Shown in pieces: positions 49,254 to 60,097 of a stretch of 64,000 bases of DNA. This DNA is from Clostridia bacterium (GTDB taxonomy: Bacteria > Bacillota > Clostridia > TANB77 > CAG-508): positions 32,001 through 96,000 of the forward strand of contig JAZUKI010000007.1 in NCBI GenBank assembly GCA_045643205.1. The letters are read 5' to 3'. Position 1 is the stretch's first letter; each line of letters starts with the position of its first letter. Both the position numbers and the translations under genes were made by a program. The notes under the pieces were generated by a model. The model was given only the letters and a program-made list of their open reading frames with translations. It made no database searches and was not told the origin of the DNA.

Positions 49254-49412
49254 TGTTCCTCCTTTCTTATATTTTATTTGATTGAATTTATTTGATAAAA
49301 AACTTTATCTCTACATACTTTTAATATTTATTAACTAATTTGATGGAATTTTATCATTACTAAATAAAAAAAGCTAGAATTCAATGAATTCTAGCTTTAA
49401 ATTACTAATTAA

Positions 49413-49691
49413 TTATTTTGCTTCAAATGGAAGCATAGCAATTGTTCTGCATCTGTTAACTGCAGTTGTAATATCTCTTTGATGTTTAGCGCAAGCACCA
49501 GTTGCTCTTCTTGGAAGAATTTTGCCTTTTTCGTTAACAAATTTTCTTAATTGTTCTGGATTTTTGTAATCTAGAACTAAAGCTTTATCTGCACATAAAG
49601 GACAAACTTTTTTTCTGATTCTTTTTGCTTTATAATCATCATCATAGTCTTTATTTCTATTGTTTCTTTTATTATTTTTTCTGTCTGCCAT
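49413..49691 (-). CDS. rpsR: 30S ribosomal protein S18 (Zn-binding form)
   Basis: CPLC...DYKN...[17 protein letters not shown]. Confidence 0.97.
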   Translation of the reverse strand: MADRKNNKRNNRNKDYDDDYKAKRIRKKVCPLCADKALVLDYKNPEQLRKFVNEKGKILPRRATGACAKHQRDITTAVNRCRTIAMLPFEAK

Positions 49692-49718
49692 TATTTTCTC
49701 CTCCTAACTTAAATATAA

Positions 49719-50144
49719 TTAGAATGGTAAATCGTCTCCTGATGAAACTTCAAAATCTGATGAACCATCTTCTACTGGAGCACCGTCTCCAAATGTGCTA
49801 TCAAAATTATCACCATCTGAATTTTTTCTGCTGTCAGCAAAATATACTTCTTCAACAATTACTTCTGTTGTGTAACGTTTTTGACCTTGTTGATCATCCC
49901 AACTTCTTGTTTGGATTCTTCCACAAACGCCCATTTGTTGACCTTTTTTGAAATATTTGCTAACAAATTCTCCAGTTTTAGCCCAAGCAACACAATTTAT
50001 AAAATCTGCTGTTTGAGTATCTCCTTCTCTAGTAAATCTTCTGTTTACTGCTAAAGTAAAAGATGCTACTAAAGTATTGTTAGATTGTGTATATCTAACT
50101 TCTGGATCTTTAGTTAATCTTCCTATTAATTCAACTTTGTTCAT
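49719..50144 (-). CDS. ssb: Single-stranded DNA-binding protein
   Basis: MNKVELIGRLTKDPE...DDLPF. Confidence 0.98.
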   Translation of the reverse strand: MNKVELIGRLTKDPEVRYTQSNNTLVASFTLAVNRRFTREGDTQTADFINCVAWAKTGEFVSKYFKKGQQMGVCGRIQTRSWDDQQGQKRYTTEVIVEEVYFADSRKNSDGDNFDSTFGDGAPVEDGSSDFEVSSGDDLPF

Positions 50145-50190
50145 ATTAGTACCTTACCTTTCTTTAAATAAAGCCCCTGTTTGAATGTAA

Positions 50191-50475
50191 TTATTCTTCT
50201 ACTTTAATAACCATAAACTTAATGATTTCGTCTGTGATTCTGTAGTTTCTCTCTAATTCAGCGATTAGAGCTGGAGTAGCTTCAAAATTAAATACAACAT
50301 ATGTTCCTTCTGTGCATTTTTTAACTTCATAAGCAAGTTTCTTTTTGCCTAATTCATCTACCTTTGAAACTTTTCCGTTCTTATTAATCATATCTGTAAA
50401 TGTTGTTTCTAGAGCTTTAACTCCTTCTTCATCTACTTCTGGATTAATAATGACAACGCTTTCATATTTGTTCAT
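50191..50475 (-). CDS. rpsF: 30S ribosomal protein S6
   Basis: MNKYESVVIINP...GKKKLAYEVKK; start 50475 after GGAGGTG. Confidence 0.96.
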   Translation of the reverse strand: MNKYESVVIINPEVDEEGVKALETTFTDMINKNGKVSKVDELGKKKLAYEVKKCTEGTYVVFNFEATPALIAELERNYRITDEIIKFMVIKVEE

Positions 50476-50480
50476 TATTT

Positions 50481-50528
50481 TCACCTCCTCTTGGATAATA
50501 GCCTATCAACTAGTGATAAGCAAGGCGT
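50481..50528 (-). promoter_or_regulatory. Probable S6:S18 autoregulatory leader
   Basis: CCTTGCTTATCA...TGATAGGC...CCAAGAGGAGGTG: a hairpin whose base overlaps the SD, resembling the Firmicute rpsF leader. Confidence 0.6.
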
Positions 50529-50714
50529 TATTATTCTAACATAAAAACATTCATTTATCAAGTAATATTTGCATTTTAAGCCGATTTTCTATAAGAATTT
50601 TGGCAAAAAACAACTTGAAAACATATCTAAAAAATTTAATTAAATATAATTTTAAATAAAACTAGTAAAAGCAAAAAACAACCACTTAAAATTTTTAAGT
50701 GGTTGTTTTAATTT

Positions 50715-52772
50715 TTACATAAATTCTTTTAATTTATTGCTTCTTGATGGATGTCTTAATTTTCTTAAAGCTTTTGCTTCAATTTGTCTAATTCTTTCAC
50801 GAGTAACATTGAATTGTTTTCCAACTTCTTCAAGTGTTCTTGCTTTTCCATCTTCTAATCCAAATCTTAATTTTAATACTTTAGCTTCTCTTGGAGTTAA
50901 TGTTTTCATAACTTCTTCAAGTTCTTCTTTAAGCATTGTATATGAAGCTGCATCTTGTGGTGATGGTGAATCTTCATCTTTTATAAAATCTCCTAAGTGA
51001 GAATCATTCTCTTCACCAATTGGTGTTTCAAGTGATACTGGATCTTGTGAAATCTTTTGAATTTCAAGAACTTTTTCAACTGGAATTTCCATTTCTGCTG
51101 CAATTTCTTCTGGAGTTGGTTCTCTACCATTTTGTTGTAATAAGTGTCTTGAAGTTCTTAATAATTTATTGATTGTTTCTACCATATGAACTGGAATTCT
51201 GATTGTTCTGGCTTGGTCTGCAATAGCTCTTGTGATAGCTTGTTTAATCCACCATGTAGCATATGTTGAAAATTTGTATCCTTTCGTATAATCAAATTTT
51301 TCAACTGCTTTGATTAATCCCATGTTACCCTCTTGAATTAAATCTAAGAATAACATTCCTCTTCCTACATATCTTTTAGCAATACTTACAACTAATCTTA
51401 AGTTAGATTCAATTAACTTAGACTTAGCTTTATTATCACCAGCTTCAATCTTTTTAGCTAATTCTAATTCTTGCTCGTATGTTAATAGAGGTATTTTTCC
51501 GATTTCTCTTAGATACATTCTAACAGGATCATCAAGTTTAATTCCATCCATGCTTTCAATATCTAAATCATTTACATCGATTTCTTCAATTTCTTCTAAG
51601 TCTTCTGAATCTGGTTCTGTTTCATCAAAGTCATCATTAATAATTGCAATTCCTGCTTTTTCTAAAACAGTAAAACATTTTTCCAAATCATCTGGTGATG
51701 AATTTCCAATGAAACTAGCAATTTCAGAATAAGTAATTTTCTTTTTCTTCTTTGCTTTCATTACTAACTTTCTTAATTTTTCATCATCTTTTAATTCTGG
51801 AATATCTTTTATATCTAAACCTTCTGCTTGTTTTTGTGCTTCTTTTTCCGCTAATGCCTTTGCTTTTGCTTCCTCTTTTTCTTTTAAAGCTGCTGCTTTT
51901 GCTTCTTCTTTCTCTTTTCTAATTCTTTCTCTCTCTTCTGCCTTTGCCTTCATTGCCTCTGCTCTTTCTTTTTCCTTTTGTTTTCTTGCTGCTTCTCTTT
52001 CTTTTTCTCTTTGTTTTCTTGCAAGTTCTTTTTCTTTTTCAATTCTTTTTCTTTCAGCTGCTTTTGCCTTTGCTATTTTTAATTTTTCAGCTGCTAATTT
52101 CTTAGCTGCTGCTTTCTTAGCTAATTCCTTCTTTTTCTTTTCAGCTGCTTTTTTGGCTGCTAATTTCTTTGCTTCCATTAATTTTTTCTTAGCAGCTAAT
52201 TTCTTTGCTGCTGCTAATTTAGCTAGTTCTTTCTTTTGCTTTTCAGCTGCCTTTTTTGCTGCTAATTTTTGAGCAGGTGTTAAAGGTTTCTTAACTGCTG
52301 TTTTTCCTGTTGTCTTAACAGGTACTTTTTTTGCTGACTTTGCTGGAACCTTTGCTGTATTTTTTTTAGCCACTGATTTTGCAACTGGTTTCTTTGCTGT
52401 ATTTTTAACAGCATTATTTTTAGAAACTTTTTTAGTTGTTGCATTTTTAGCTGGAACTTTTTTAGCAACAGCTTTCTTTGTTGCTACTTTTGCTGGAACT
52501 TTTGATGTAGATTTTTTTGCAACTGGTTTTTTAGCTACATTTTTAGCAGGTACTTTTTTTGCAACCACTTTTTTAGCTGGAGTCTTTGTTACAGTCTTTT
52601 TAGCAGATGCTTTTGTTGCAACTACTTTTTTAGCTGGTTTCTTTTCTGTTGTTTTCTTTGCAACTGATTTTTTAACTACAACTTTTTTAGCTGGAGCTTT
52701 TGTTGTAGTTTTTACTTTTGCATTTTTTGATGTTACTTTTTTAACAACTTTCTTTTCAACTTTCTTTGCCAC
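50715..52772 (-). CDS. rpoD: Primary sigma factor RpoD/SigA with a long Lys/Ala-rich N-terminal extension
   Basis: [52 protein letters not shown]...[21 protein letters not shown]; GTG start right after dnaG. Confidence 0.95.
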   Translation of the reverse strand: MAKKVEKKVVKKVTSKNAKVKTTTKAPAKKVVVKKSVAKKTTEKKPAKKVVATKASAKKTVTKTPAKKVVAKKVPAKNVAKKPVAKKSTSKVPAKVATKKAVAKKVPAKNATTKKVSKNNAVKNTAKKPVAKSVAKKNTAKVPAKSAKKVPVKTTGKTAVKKPLTPAQKLAAKKAAEKQKKELAKLAAAKKLAAKKKLMEAKKLAAKKAAEKKKKELAKKAAAKKLAAEKLKIAKAKAAERKRIEKEKELARKQREKEREAARKQKEKERAEAMKAKAEERERIRKEKEEAKAAALKEKEEAKAKALAEKEAQKQAEGLDIKDIPELKDDEKLRKLVMKAKKKKKITYSEIASFIGNSSPDDLEKCFTVLEKAGIAIINDDFDETEPDSEDLEEIEEIDVNDLDIESMDGIKLDDPVRMYLREIGKIPLLTYEQELELAKKIEAGDNKAKSKLIESNLRLVVSIAKRYVGRGMLFLDLIQEGNMGLIKAVEKFDYTKGYKFSTYATWWIKQAITRAIADQARTIRIPVHMVETINKLLRTSRHLLQQNGREPTPEEIAAEMEIPVEKVLEIQKISQDPVSLETPIGEENDSHLGDFIKDEDSPSPQDAASYTMLKEELEEVMKTLTPREAKVLKLRFGLEDGKARTLEEVGKQFNVTRERIRQIEAKALRKLRHPSRSNKLKEFM
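51820..52772 (-). repeat. Low-complexity K/A/V/P/T repeats followed by an E/K/R/A charged helix, within rpoD
   Basis: Repeated [33 protein letters not shown]. Confidence 0.9.
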
Positions 52773-52784
52773 TTTTTATTCCCC

Positions 52785-54569
52785 CTATTTCATTCTAACC
52801 AAATCGATTATTATATTATTTAGTTCTTTTTCTAAATTTTCTTTTTCATTCTTATCTAACTCTGGTGATTTAAGTATCTCAATAATCTCATTTCTTCTTG
52901 AGATTTTAGCCTCTTTTAAATATGTCTTTTCCACATCTTCAATAGCTTTATCTACATCTGTTATTTCAAAATCATTTGATAAAACTCCAGCTAGATAACT
53001 AACCATATCTTGATCTTCAAACCAATTTAAAATATCTTCCATGTTTTGATTTTCTTTTAATTTTTCAAAAATCTTATCTATGATTTCTCTGTTTTTTATA
53101 TCTAATATATATTCACTTTTTACAACACTAGATATTCGTTTAAATGTTTTTTCAGAATAATTTGTTAATAAGTAAATAAGCATTTTTTCTCTTCTTAAAA
53201 CATTATCATCAATTTTTGTTTCTTCTTTTTTATTTATTATTACTGAAGTCTTTTCAAGTTTCTTTTTATCCGGTTCTTTATTAGTTAGTTTATTAATTTC
53301 GCTTTGAATTGCCTCAGTAGATATTCCGTACGTTTTTCCAATTTTATCTATGTAAACTTCTCTTTCCATTGAGTTATCTACACTTGCTAATGTCTTTGCG
53401 ATTTCGTTTAAAAATTTAATTTTATCATTTGTATTTTCTAAATCTAATGACTGTTTTAATATTTTTACTTTGAATTCTACAATTGAAATTGCATCTTCCA
53501 TACACTTAATAAAACGATCCGCACCATATTTTATTACATATTCATCTGGATCTTTTGCATCACTTATTTGTAGAACTCTTATATCAACTCCAAGATTTTT
53601 TAATATATCCATACCTCTGAGAATTGCTGTTTGTCCTGCACCATCTGCATCATATCCTAAAATAACTTGTTCAGCATTTCTTCTAAGCAATCTACCTTGT
53701 GCATCAGTTAAAGCTGTTCCTAAAGATGCTACAACATTTGTTATTCCACGTTGATATAATGAAATTGCATCCATATAACCTTCAACTATTAAAATCTTTT
53801 TAAGCATTCCATTTGAATTTCTCTTAGCAACATTTAGTCCAAATAAATTTCTACCTTTGCTATATACTATATCTTCTGGTGAATTTATATATTTTGGTTT
53901 GCTATCATCTAAAACTCTTCCTCCAAAAGCAATATATCTATTTCTAACATCTTGAATTGGAATCATTAATCTGTTTTTGAATTTATCATAATAAATTCCT
54001 TTTTCATTTCTTCCAACTAAGTTTGATGCAAGCATTGCTTCACTTGAAAAACCTTTTTGTTTTAAATGATTAAACAATTCATTGTTCATTGGAGCATATC
54101 CAATTAAAAATGCTTTTAATGTATTATTTCCAAGCTTACGTTTTTTTACATATTCTTGAGCAACTTTTGATGTTGGTTTATACAATGTTTCATGATAAAA
54201 AATCGCAGCTGCTTCATTTACCTTATATACTTCATTTTTTAATTGAACTTGTTTTTCGTCTTCATCGCCGCTATTTTTAGGAAGTTCAATATTTGCTCTT
54301 TCAGCTAAAACTTGTACTGCTTCTACAAATGAAATATTTTCTGCATTCATTAAGAAGTGAAAAACATTTCCACCCTTTCCACATCCAAAGCATTTAAATA
54401 TTTGTTTATCTGGAGAAACAGAAAAAGAAGGTGATTTCTCATTATGAAATGGACACAATCCAAAGAAATTTCTTCCTTTGCGTTTTAGAGTAACATATTG
54501 AGAAATTATATCTACTATATCGTTTCTACTTCTTACTTCTTCTAATAGCTCATCGCTATAGTGTGCCAT
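52785..54569 (-). CDS. dnaG: DNA primase
   Basis: CPFHNEKSPSF...CFGC zinc finger, FGGR, KYINSPE, EGYMD, YDADGAG, KDPDE. Confidence 0.97.
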   Translation of the reverse strand: MAHYSDELLEEVRSRNDIVDIISQYVTLKRKGRNFFGLCPFHNEKSPSFSVSPDKQIFKCFGCGKGGNVFHFLMNAENISFVEAVQVLAERANIELPKNSGDEDEKQVQLKNEVYKVNEAAAIFYHETLYKPTSKVAQEYVKKRKLGNNTLKAFLIGYAPMNNELFNHLKQKGFSSEAMLASNLVGRNEKGIYYDKFKNRLMIPIQDVRNRYIAFGGRVLDDSKPKYINSPEDIVYSKGRNLFGLNVAKRNSNGMLKKILIVEGYMDAISLYQRGITNVVASLGTALTDAQGRLLRRNAEQVILGYDADGAGQTAILRGMDILKNLGVDIRVLQISDAKDPDEYVIKYGADRFIKCMEDAISIVEFKVKILKQSLDLENTNDKIKFLNEIAKTLASVDNSMEREVYIDKIGKTYGISTEAIQSEINKLTNKEPDKKKLEKTSVIINKKEETKIDDNVLRREKMLIYLLTNYSEKTFKRISSVVKSEYILDIKNREIIDKIFEKLKENQNMEDILNWFEDQDMVSYLAGVLSNDFEITDVDKAIEDVEKTYLKEAKISRRNEIIEILKSPELDKNEKENLEKELNNIIIDLVRMK

Positions 54570-54831
54570 CTACGCCTCCCTTTCTAAAAATTTTTATAAT
54601 ATTTTATTTTTATTATTCTATTTTTTATTCTTTTATTCTATTGTATATTTCATTTTTTGCCTTTGCTTTTTTCTTCAAAAATGCATACAATATAATATTC
54701 AACAAAACTTATAAAAACCCTTTATTTTTTCAATTTTTTTTAATTTTTATTAAAGATTTTTACAAAAAAAGAGAAATTTTGAATCAACCTATAAAATTAA
54801 TTCAAAACTTCTCTTTTTATAATCTCATTCA

Positions 54832-55404
54832 CTAATTTTTATTGCTATCAAATGGGATGAATTTGCTAATTGCATTTTGTTTCAAATCGATTTTAGCTTC
54901 TGTTGGAATTCTGAATTCTTTGTAGCTCATTTCGATTTTATTATCTACTAATTGTTCAATTTCATCCTTAGATGCTTGTCCTGCAAGAACTAATTCGCTT
55001 ACTAAAATAACTTTAGCATTACTTAGCATCTTTTTCTCACCTGTTGAAAGTGTACCTTTTTCCTTTTGTTTAAAGCTTAAATTACGTACAACGTCAGCAA
55101 CCTCATAGATATCTCCAGACTTCATCTTATCTAGATTGTCTCTATATCTTTTGTTCCAGTTTTGAGACATCTCTGTCTCATCTTGTTCTAATACTTTTAA
55201 CACCTTTGTAGCACCAGCGCTATCAATAATAGTTCTAACTCCCATTGATTCAGCTTTAGCTGTTGGAACCATAACTTTAACCTCTCCAGGCATGTTAATG
55301 ATGTAGTATTGCATCTTTGTTCCTAATACTTCTTTTTCTTCGATTGAATCAATTGTTCCGGCACCATGCATTGGGTAAACAATATTATCTCCTACTTTAA
55401 ACAT
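54832..55404 (-). CDS. carD: CarD-family transcriptional regulator
   Basis: FKVGDNIVYPMHGAG, NWNKRYR, LSTGEKKML...ILVSEL. Confidence 0.93.
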   Translation of the reverse strand: MFKVGDNIVYPMHGAGTIDSIEEKEVLGTKMQYYIINMPGEVKVMVPTAKAESMGVRTIIDSAGATKVLKVLEQDETEMSQNWNKRYRDNLDKMKSGDIYEVADVVRNLSFKQKEKGTLSTGEKKMLSNAKVILVSELVLAGQASKDEIEQLVDNKIEMSYKEFRIPTEAKIDLKQNAISKFIPFDSNKN

Positions 55405-55653
55405 CTAGTTGTCTCCTTCCCTATGTTACAGGTATAAATCGCCTTTTTTTAACATAGTTCGATTATAACATATTTTCCCCTTCAAGTAAAGAAATTATAT
55501 AAAATATTTTTTATTCATTGCTTTGAAAAGGTTCATTTTTCTATCTTACAAAGATTTTGATTTTTAAAAGTAAAAAAGTGAGTTAATCATTTTTTAATGA
55601 TTAGCCCACTTTTTTGTCAAGATTACATTTTTGTATTATTTCGTTATCTTATT

Positions 55654-56112
55654 TTATTTATCGGTTGAGCCAAAACCACCCATTCTTTTTCCCTCAGCAG
55701 CATCACCATCACAAATTAAATATTTAGTAAATACTACTTGTCCAATAGTGTCTCCTTTTTTTACTTCTATATCATGATCACTGCAATTAAAATATGGAAA
55801 GTAGAAATGACCATCATTATCTGGATTTTCATAATAATCACTATCAATTAATCCTACACTATTTGCTAAAATAAATCCTTTTTTAGGTCCACTACTTCTG
55901 TTTAATAATAAATAACATTCATCATCCATGCAATAAGCTTTTAGACCTGTTGGTACTAATGTTGGCTTAGCTCCTGGAGTAAATTTAGGAATAATGATAT
56001 CTTCTGCAGCTTCAACATCATATCCTGCAGAATGTGCTGTTTTTCTAACTGGTATATTTATTCCTTTATTTTCCCATCCTTTTGCAATTTCAAAACCTCT
56101 TGCTCTTTCCAT
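55654..56112 (-). CDS. dut: Trimeric dUTPase
   Basis: SAGYD, VPTG, RSS, GLIDSDY, RMGGFGST. Confidence 0.93.
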   Translation of the reverse strand: MERARGFEIAKGWENKGINIPVRKTAHSAGYDVEAAEDIIIPKFTPGAKPTLVPTGLKAYCMDDECYLLLNRSSGPKKGFILANSVGLIDSDYYENPDNDGHFYFPYFNCSDHDIEVKKGDTIGQVVFTKYLICDGDAAEGKRMGGFGSTDK

Positions 56113-56128
56113 ATTGTGTTTTCCTTTC

Positions 56129-56821
56129 TTATTTTTTTAATTCTTTTTCAGCTTCTTTATAGTCTGGCATAAATGATTCTACCATATTCCAGAATTTTTT
56201 AGAATGATTCATATATTTTAAATGGCATAATTCATGGATTACAATATATTCTAATGCATGTCTACTATACATTATTAAATCTTGGTTGATAGTTATTTTC
56301 TTATTTGAAGAACAACTTCCCCATTCTGATTTTACTTTTCTAATTCTATATTCATCTGGTGCTAATCCAACTACTTTAGTTAGTTTTTTCATTGTAATGT
56401 CTACTTCTTTTTTTGCAATCATATTATACATTTTATCAATCATTTTTTTGATTAATTCAGCATTGTTTCTTTCAGCATAGTCTAAAGGAAGAATTATATT
56501 GATCATACCATTTTCGACTTTAAGTTTAGCATTATTTATATTTTGGAAATAAATATTTAAATAATAGTTTTTTCCTAATATTTGATATTTTTCTCCATCT
56601 GTATATGTTTTTGCTTTTCTTGGTGAATTTTGATATTCTTCAAGTTTTTCAATTATCCATCTTCTTTTTTGTTCTATAACTTCTTGAATTTGGTTACTGG
56701 TTACATACCAAGGAGCTTTTACTACAACCTCACCATTTTGAATAGAGATATATAAGTTTTTAACTTTTGCCTTGCATACTGTATAAGCTATTGTTTTATT
56801 TTTATATTGTATTTTTTTCAT
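56129..56821 (-). CDS. YgjP/DUF45-family (M48-like HExxH) protein
   Basis: WGSCS, YIVIHELCH, MNHSKKFW. Confidence 0.88.
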   Translation of the reverse strand: MKKIQYKNKTIAYTVCKAKVKNLYISIQNGEVVVKAPWYVTSNQIQEVIEQKRRWIIEKLEEYQNSPRKAKTYTDGEKYQILGKNYYLNIYFQNINNAKLKVENGMINIILPLDYAERNNAELIKKMIDKMYNMIAKKEVDITMKKLTKVVGLAPDEYRIRKVKSEWGSCSSNKKITINQDLIMYSRHALEYIVIHELCHLKYMNHSKKFWNMVESFMPDYKEAEKELKK

Positions 56822-57376
56822 TTTTTATCTCCTTCCAAAATGTTTTTTATCAAAAAATTATTGTTTATTTTTTTACTGAACTTCTGTTCGTTTTTAGTAT
56901 ACTAATTCTCCTTGTGTTTGTCAACACTTTTTTCAATTTTTTTATTTTATTTTTTCTTAGCCTATAGTCCTTGTAATTACGTGTTTTAGGCACTTTTAAT
57001 TCTTTGAAAGTATTGTTTTTATTTGCGAATATTTGTTTGCTTTTTGTCTGTCTTTTTATTAATAATAGTTACATGAATTTTAGTTTAGAAAATAAACATT
57101 TTTTTATAAAAATTTTAATTTTTTGATACCAAAAATTATACGTTTTGTTTTTCCTTTATGCAATATTTTTTTATTTTGTTATATACAAAAAAGGAACAAA
57201 TTAATCTAAATTTGTTCCTTTTATATTATACTTTTTTACTAATATATATTATTAGTGTTTTTTCGGTTTATATTTTCTTATTTTTTTTCTTATATTATTT
57301 TAGTTTTAATTTTAATTAAAATCCTAATCCCTATTATAATCTTAATTTAATTTTATTCTTATTTTTATTCTTATTT

Positions 57377-58657
57377 TTAATCTTTATTTACTTTTTTATC
57401 AGATTCAGTTTCTATTGTTTCTTCTTTTTTAGGTTCTTTAATCCAATTTTTGCCGTCTACTATTCTTGCTACCATCATTGATGAAACAGTATCACCAACA
57501 ACGTTTAGCATTGTAGCTGGTGGATCAATAATTGTTGCAACTACTGTTAATAGTGGAAGTGCTGCAACTGGAAAACCTAACATTGTAATAATTAACATTT
57601 CTGAAATTGTTCCTCCACCAATTGGTACTCCTGTTATTAAAAGATTTGCTAATAAAGCAACTCCAAGTATTTGCCAGAAGTTAAAGCTTGTTCCAAAAAT
57701 GCAAACTAGAAACATTATCTTAAATACACTACCTATAATTGAACCATCTTTATGAAAACTGCATCCTATAGGAATTGTTGTATCTGCTACATCTTCAGGT
57801 ACTCCAATTTTCTTGGCTGCATCTGTATTTGCTGGAATTGATGCTGCGCTTGAACATGTTGCTAAAGATGTAAATGTTGGTGCTGCAGCATTTTTCCAGA
57901 ATTTTTTTATGCCAAGTTTTCCGCCTCCAATAAATGCATAAATTGTATACATTATAAAATAGAAAGCTACGCATACTACTGTATATATTAAGAAAGTTTT
58001 TAAATATCCTACAGCAATTGATGCTCCGAATGTTCCTATTAAATATGCAAAATAGCATGCAAGACCTATTGGTGCATAATACATAATAATTTTAATAATA
58101 TTTTGAACTACTTCATTAGCAGATTCCAAAACTTTTAAGAATGCCTCTCCTTTTTTGCCTGACATTTGGAAAGCAATTCCTGTAATAATTGATGCTACTA
58201 ATAAAGCGATGATATTGCCACGATTAAATAGTTTGCTGAAGTCATCAACTGTAATAAGTTGTACTGTTCTATCTGCAATTGTTAAATCATCTTCTTCAAC
58301 AGCTGTTTCTTCCATGGTAGATTTAATAAGTTCAGTATCTTCTGGTTCAACAAGTTTAGTTATTGATGTTACCCCCATACCTACTAAAACTGCTATTAAT
58401 GATGTGGCGATAAATACGATAAAAATTGTAACGATAATCTTACCAATTCTCTTGGCAGATTTCATTCTTGCAATTGATGTTGTAATTGTTAAAAATATTA
58501 AAGGTACAATAACAACTAGCAATAAATTTAAGAAAATATCTCCGAAAGGTTTAAGAACGGCTGCTTGTTCCTTGGCAACTAGGCCAACGATTATTCCAAC
58601 AATAATTGCAGCCAAGAGAATTATTGTTGTTTTGTAATTTTTTAAAAATTTTTTCAT
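57377..58657 (-). CDS. Dicarboxylate/amino acid:cation symporter (DAACS family)
   Basis: KPFGDIFLNLL, YAPIG, TCSSAASIP, HKDG, TMLNVVGD. Confidence 0.92.
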   Translation of the reverse strand: MKKFLKNYKTTIILLAAIIVGIIVGLVAKEQAAVLKPFGDIFLNLLLVVIVPLIFLTITTSIARMKSAKRIGKIIVTIFIVFIATSLIAVLVGMGVTSITKLVEPEDTELIKSTMEETAVEEDDLTIADRTVQLITVDDFSKLFNRGNIIALLVASIITGIAFQMSGKKGEAFLKVLESANEVVQNIIKIIMYYAPIGLACYFAYLIGTFGASIAVGYLKTFLIYTVVCVAFYFIMYTIYAFIGGGKLGIKKFWKNAAAPTFTSLATCSSAASIPANTDAAKKIGVPEDVADTTIPIGCSFHKDGSIIGSVFKIMFLVCIFGTSFNFWQILGVALLANLLITGVPIGGGTISEMLIITMLGFPVAALPLLTVVATIIDPPATMLNVVGDTVSSMMVARIVDGKNWIKEPKKEETIETESDKKVNKD

Positions 58658-58857
58658 TAATACTACCTCTTTTTAAAAAAGTGGTAACTGAGATATAATT
58701 ATATCTTCAGGATTTACATGTTAATTGTACTATTTTCAGTCATTTTTTTCAATAAAAAGCATAAAAAAGGCTGAAATGTCGCTTTTGTAACATTTCAACC
58801 TTTCTATTTTTTCTTATTTTATTAATTATATCTTTTTTATTTAGCTATTTAATTTTA

Positions 58858-60096
58858 CTAAATCTTTTGGCTAATTTCTTCTAAAGAAATTTCTTCAGTT
58901 TCTCCTGATTCCATATTCTTTAATTGAACTTTTCTTGAAGCTAATTCATTATCTCCGATTGTAATAACATATTTTGCCCCAATTTTGTTTGCATATTTAA
59001 ATTGAGCATTAACTCCTCTGTCCATTACATCTTTGTCGATATATTTGCCTTGTTCTCTTAATTTAGATGCAATCTTTGTAGCCTCGATGTCCGCTTGTTC
59101 CCCAATTGCTACTATTGATAAGTCTGGTATTCTTTCAGCTGGGAAAGTAACATTTGTGTCTTTCATTAAATTTAAAATTCTTTCTTCTCCAACTCCGAAA
59201 CCTAGTGCTGGTGTAGATGGACCGCCTAATTCTTCAACTAATCCATCATATCTTCCACCACCTAATATTGTTAATCCATCTGTTTTTGAAATAAATTCAA
59301 AAACTGTACGTGTGTAGTAATCTAATCCTCTAACGATTCCTGAATCAACTATAAAATCAATTCCTACTTCTTTTAATTCATTTTGAATCTTCTCAAAATT
59401 AGCTTTGCACTCATCACATAAATAATCTGTAATAATTGGTGCATTTTGATTCATTTCTTTATCTGCTTCTACTTTACAATCTAGAATTCTCATAGGATTT
59501 CTATCATATCTTCCTTTGCAAGTATCGCAGTATTTATCAAGATTAGGTTTTATAAATTCTCTTAATGCTTCTCTGTATTTTGCTCTACATTCTTTGCATC
59601 CAATTGAATTTAAATGTATCTCATATTCTGTAATGCCAAGTTTTTTAACAAATTGATCAAGCATAATGATTAATTCAACATCTGCTTTATATGAAGCTGT
59701 TCCAACCATTTCGCAACCAATTTGATTAAATTCTCTTTGTCTTCCTTTTTGTACATTTTCATATCTATAAACAGGAATTCTATAATAAAACTTTTGTGGA
59801 CTTGGTAATGAGCTCATTCCATTTTCTAGATATGCTCTAATTACGCCAGCTGTTCCTTCTGGTCTTAATGCAACTGAACGTCCTCCTTTATCATCAAAAA
59901 CATACATTTCTTTTTCTACAACGTCTGTTGTATCACCAACGCCTCTTTGAAAAAGTTCTGTAGCTTCTATAACAGGAGTTCTAATTTCTTTGTATCCGAA
60001 GTTTTCAAAAACTTCTTTTGCTTTTCCTTCTACATATTGCCACTTCTCAATTTCACCTGGAAGCACGTCATATGTACCTTTTAATCTTTGTATCAT
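58858..60096 (-). CDS. hisS: Histidine--tRNA ligase
   Basis: LRPEGTA, GRQREFNQ, VRGLDYY, GGGRYDGL. Confidence 0.98.
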   Translation of the reverse strand: MIQRLKGTYDVLPGEIEKWQYVEGKAKEVFENFGYKEIRTPVIEATELFQRGVGDTTDVVEKEMYVFDDKGGRSVALRPEGTAGVIRAYLENGMSSLPSPQKFYYRIPVYRYENVQKGRQREFNQIGCEMVGTASYKADVELIIMLDQFVKKLGITEYEIHLNSIGCKECRAKYREALREFIKPNLDKYCDTCKGRYDRNPMRILDCKVEADKEMNQNAPIITDYLCDECKANFEKIQNELKEVGIDFIVDSGIVRGLDYYTRTVFEFISKTDGLTILGGGRYDGLVEELGGPSTPALGFGVGEERILNLMKDTNVTFPAERIPDLSIVAIGEQADIEATKIASKLREQGKYIDKDVMDRGVNAQFKYANKIGAKYVITIGDNELASRKVQLKNMESGETEEISLEEISQKI

Positions 60097-60097
60097 A

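Noticed and set aside
56822-57376. Long AT-rich intergenic region as a possible ncRNA or replication origin
   Set aside because: Only a terminator-like hairpin (about 57187-57222) was seen; no DnaA-box cluster or recognisable RNA family.
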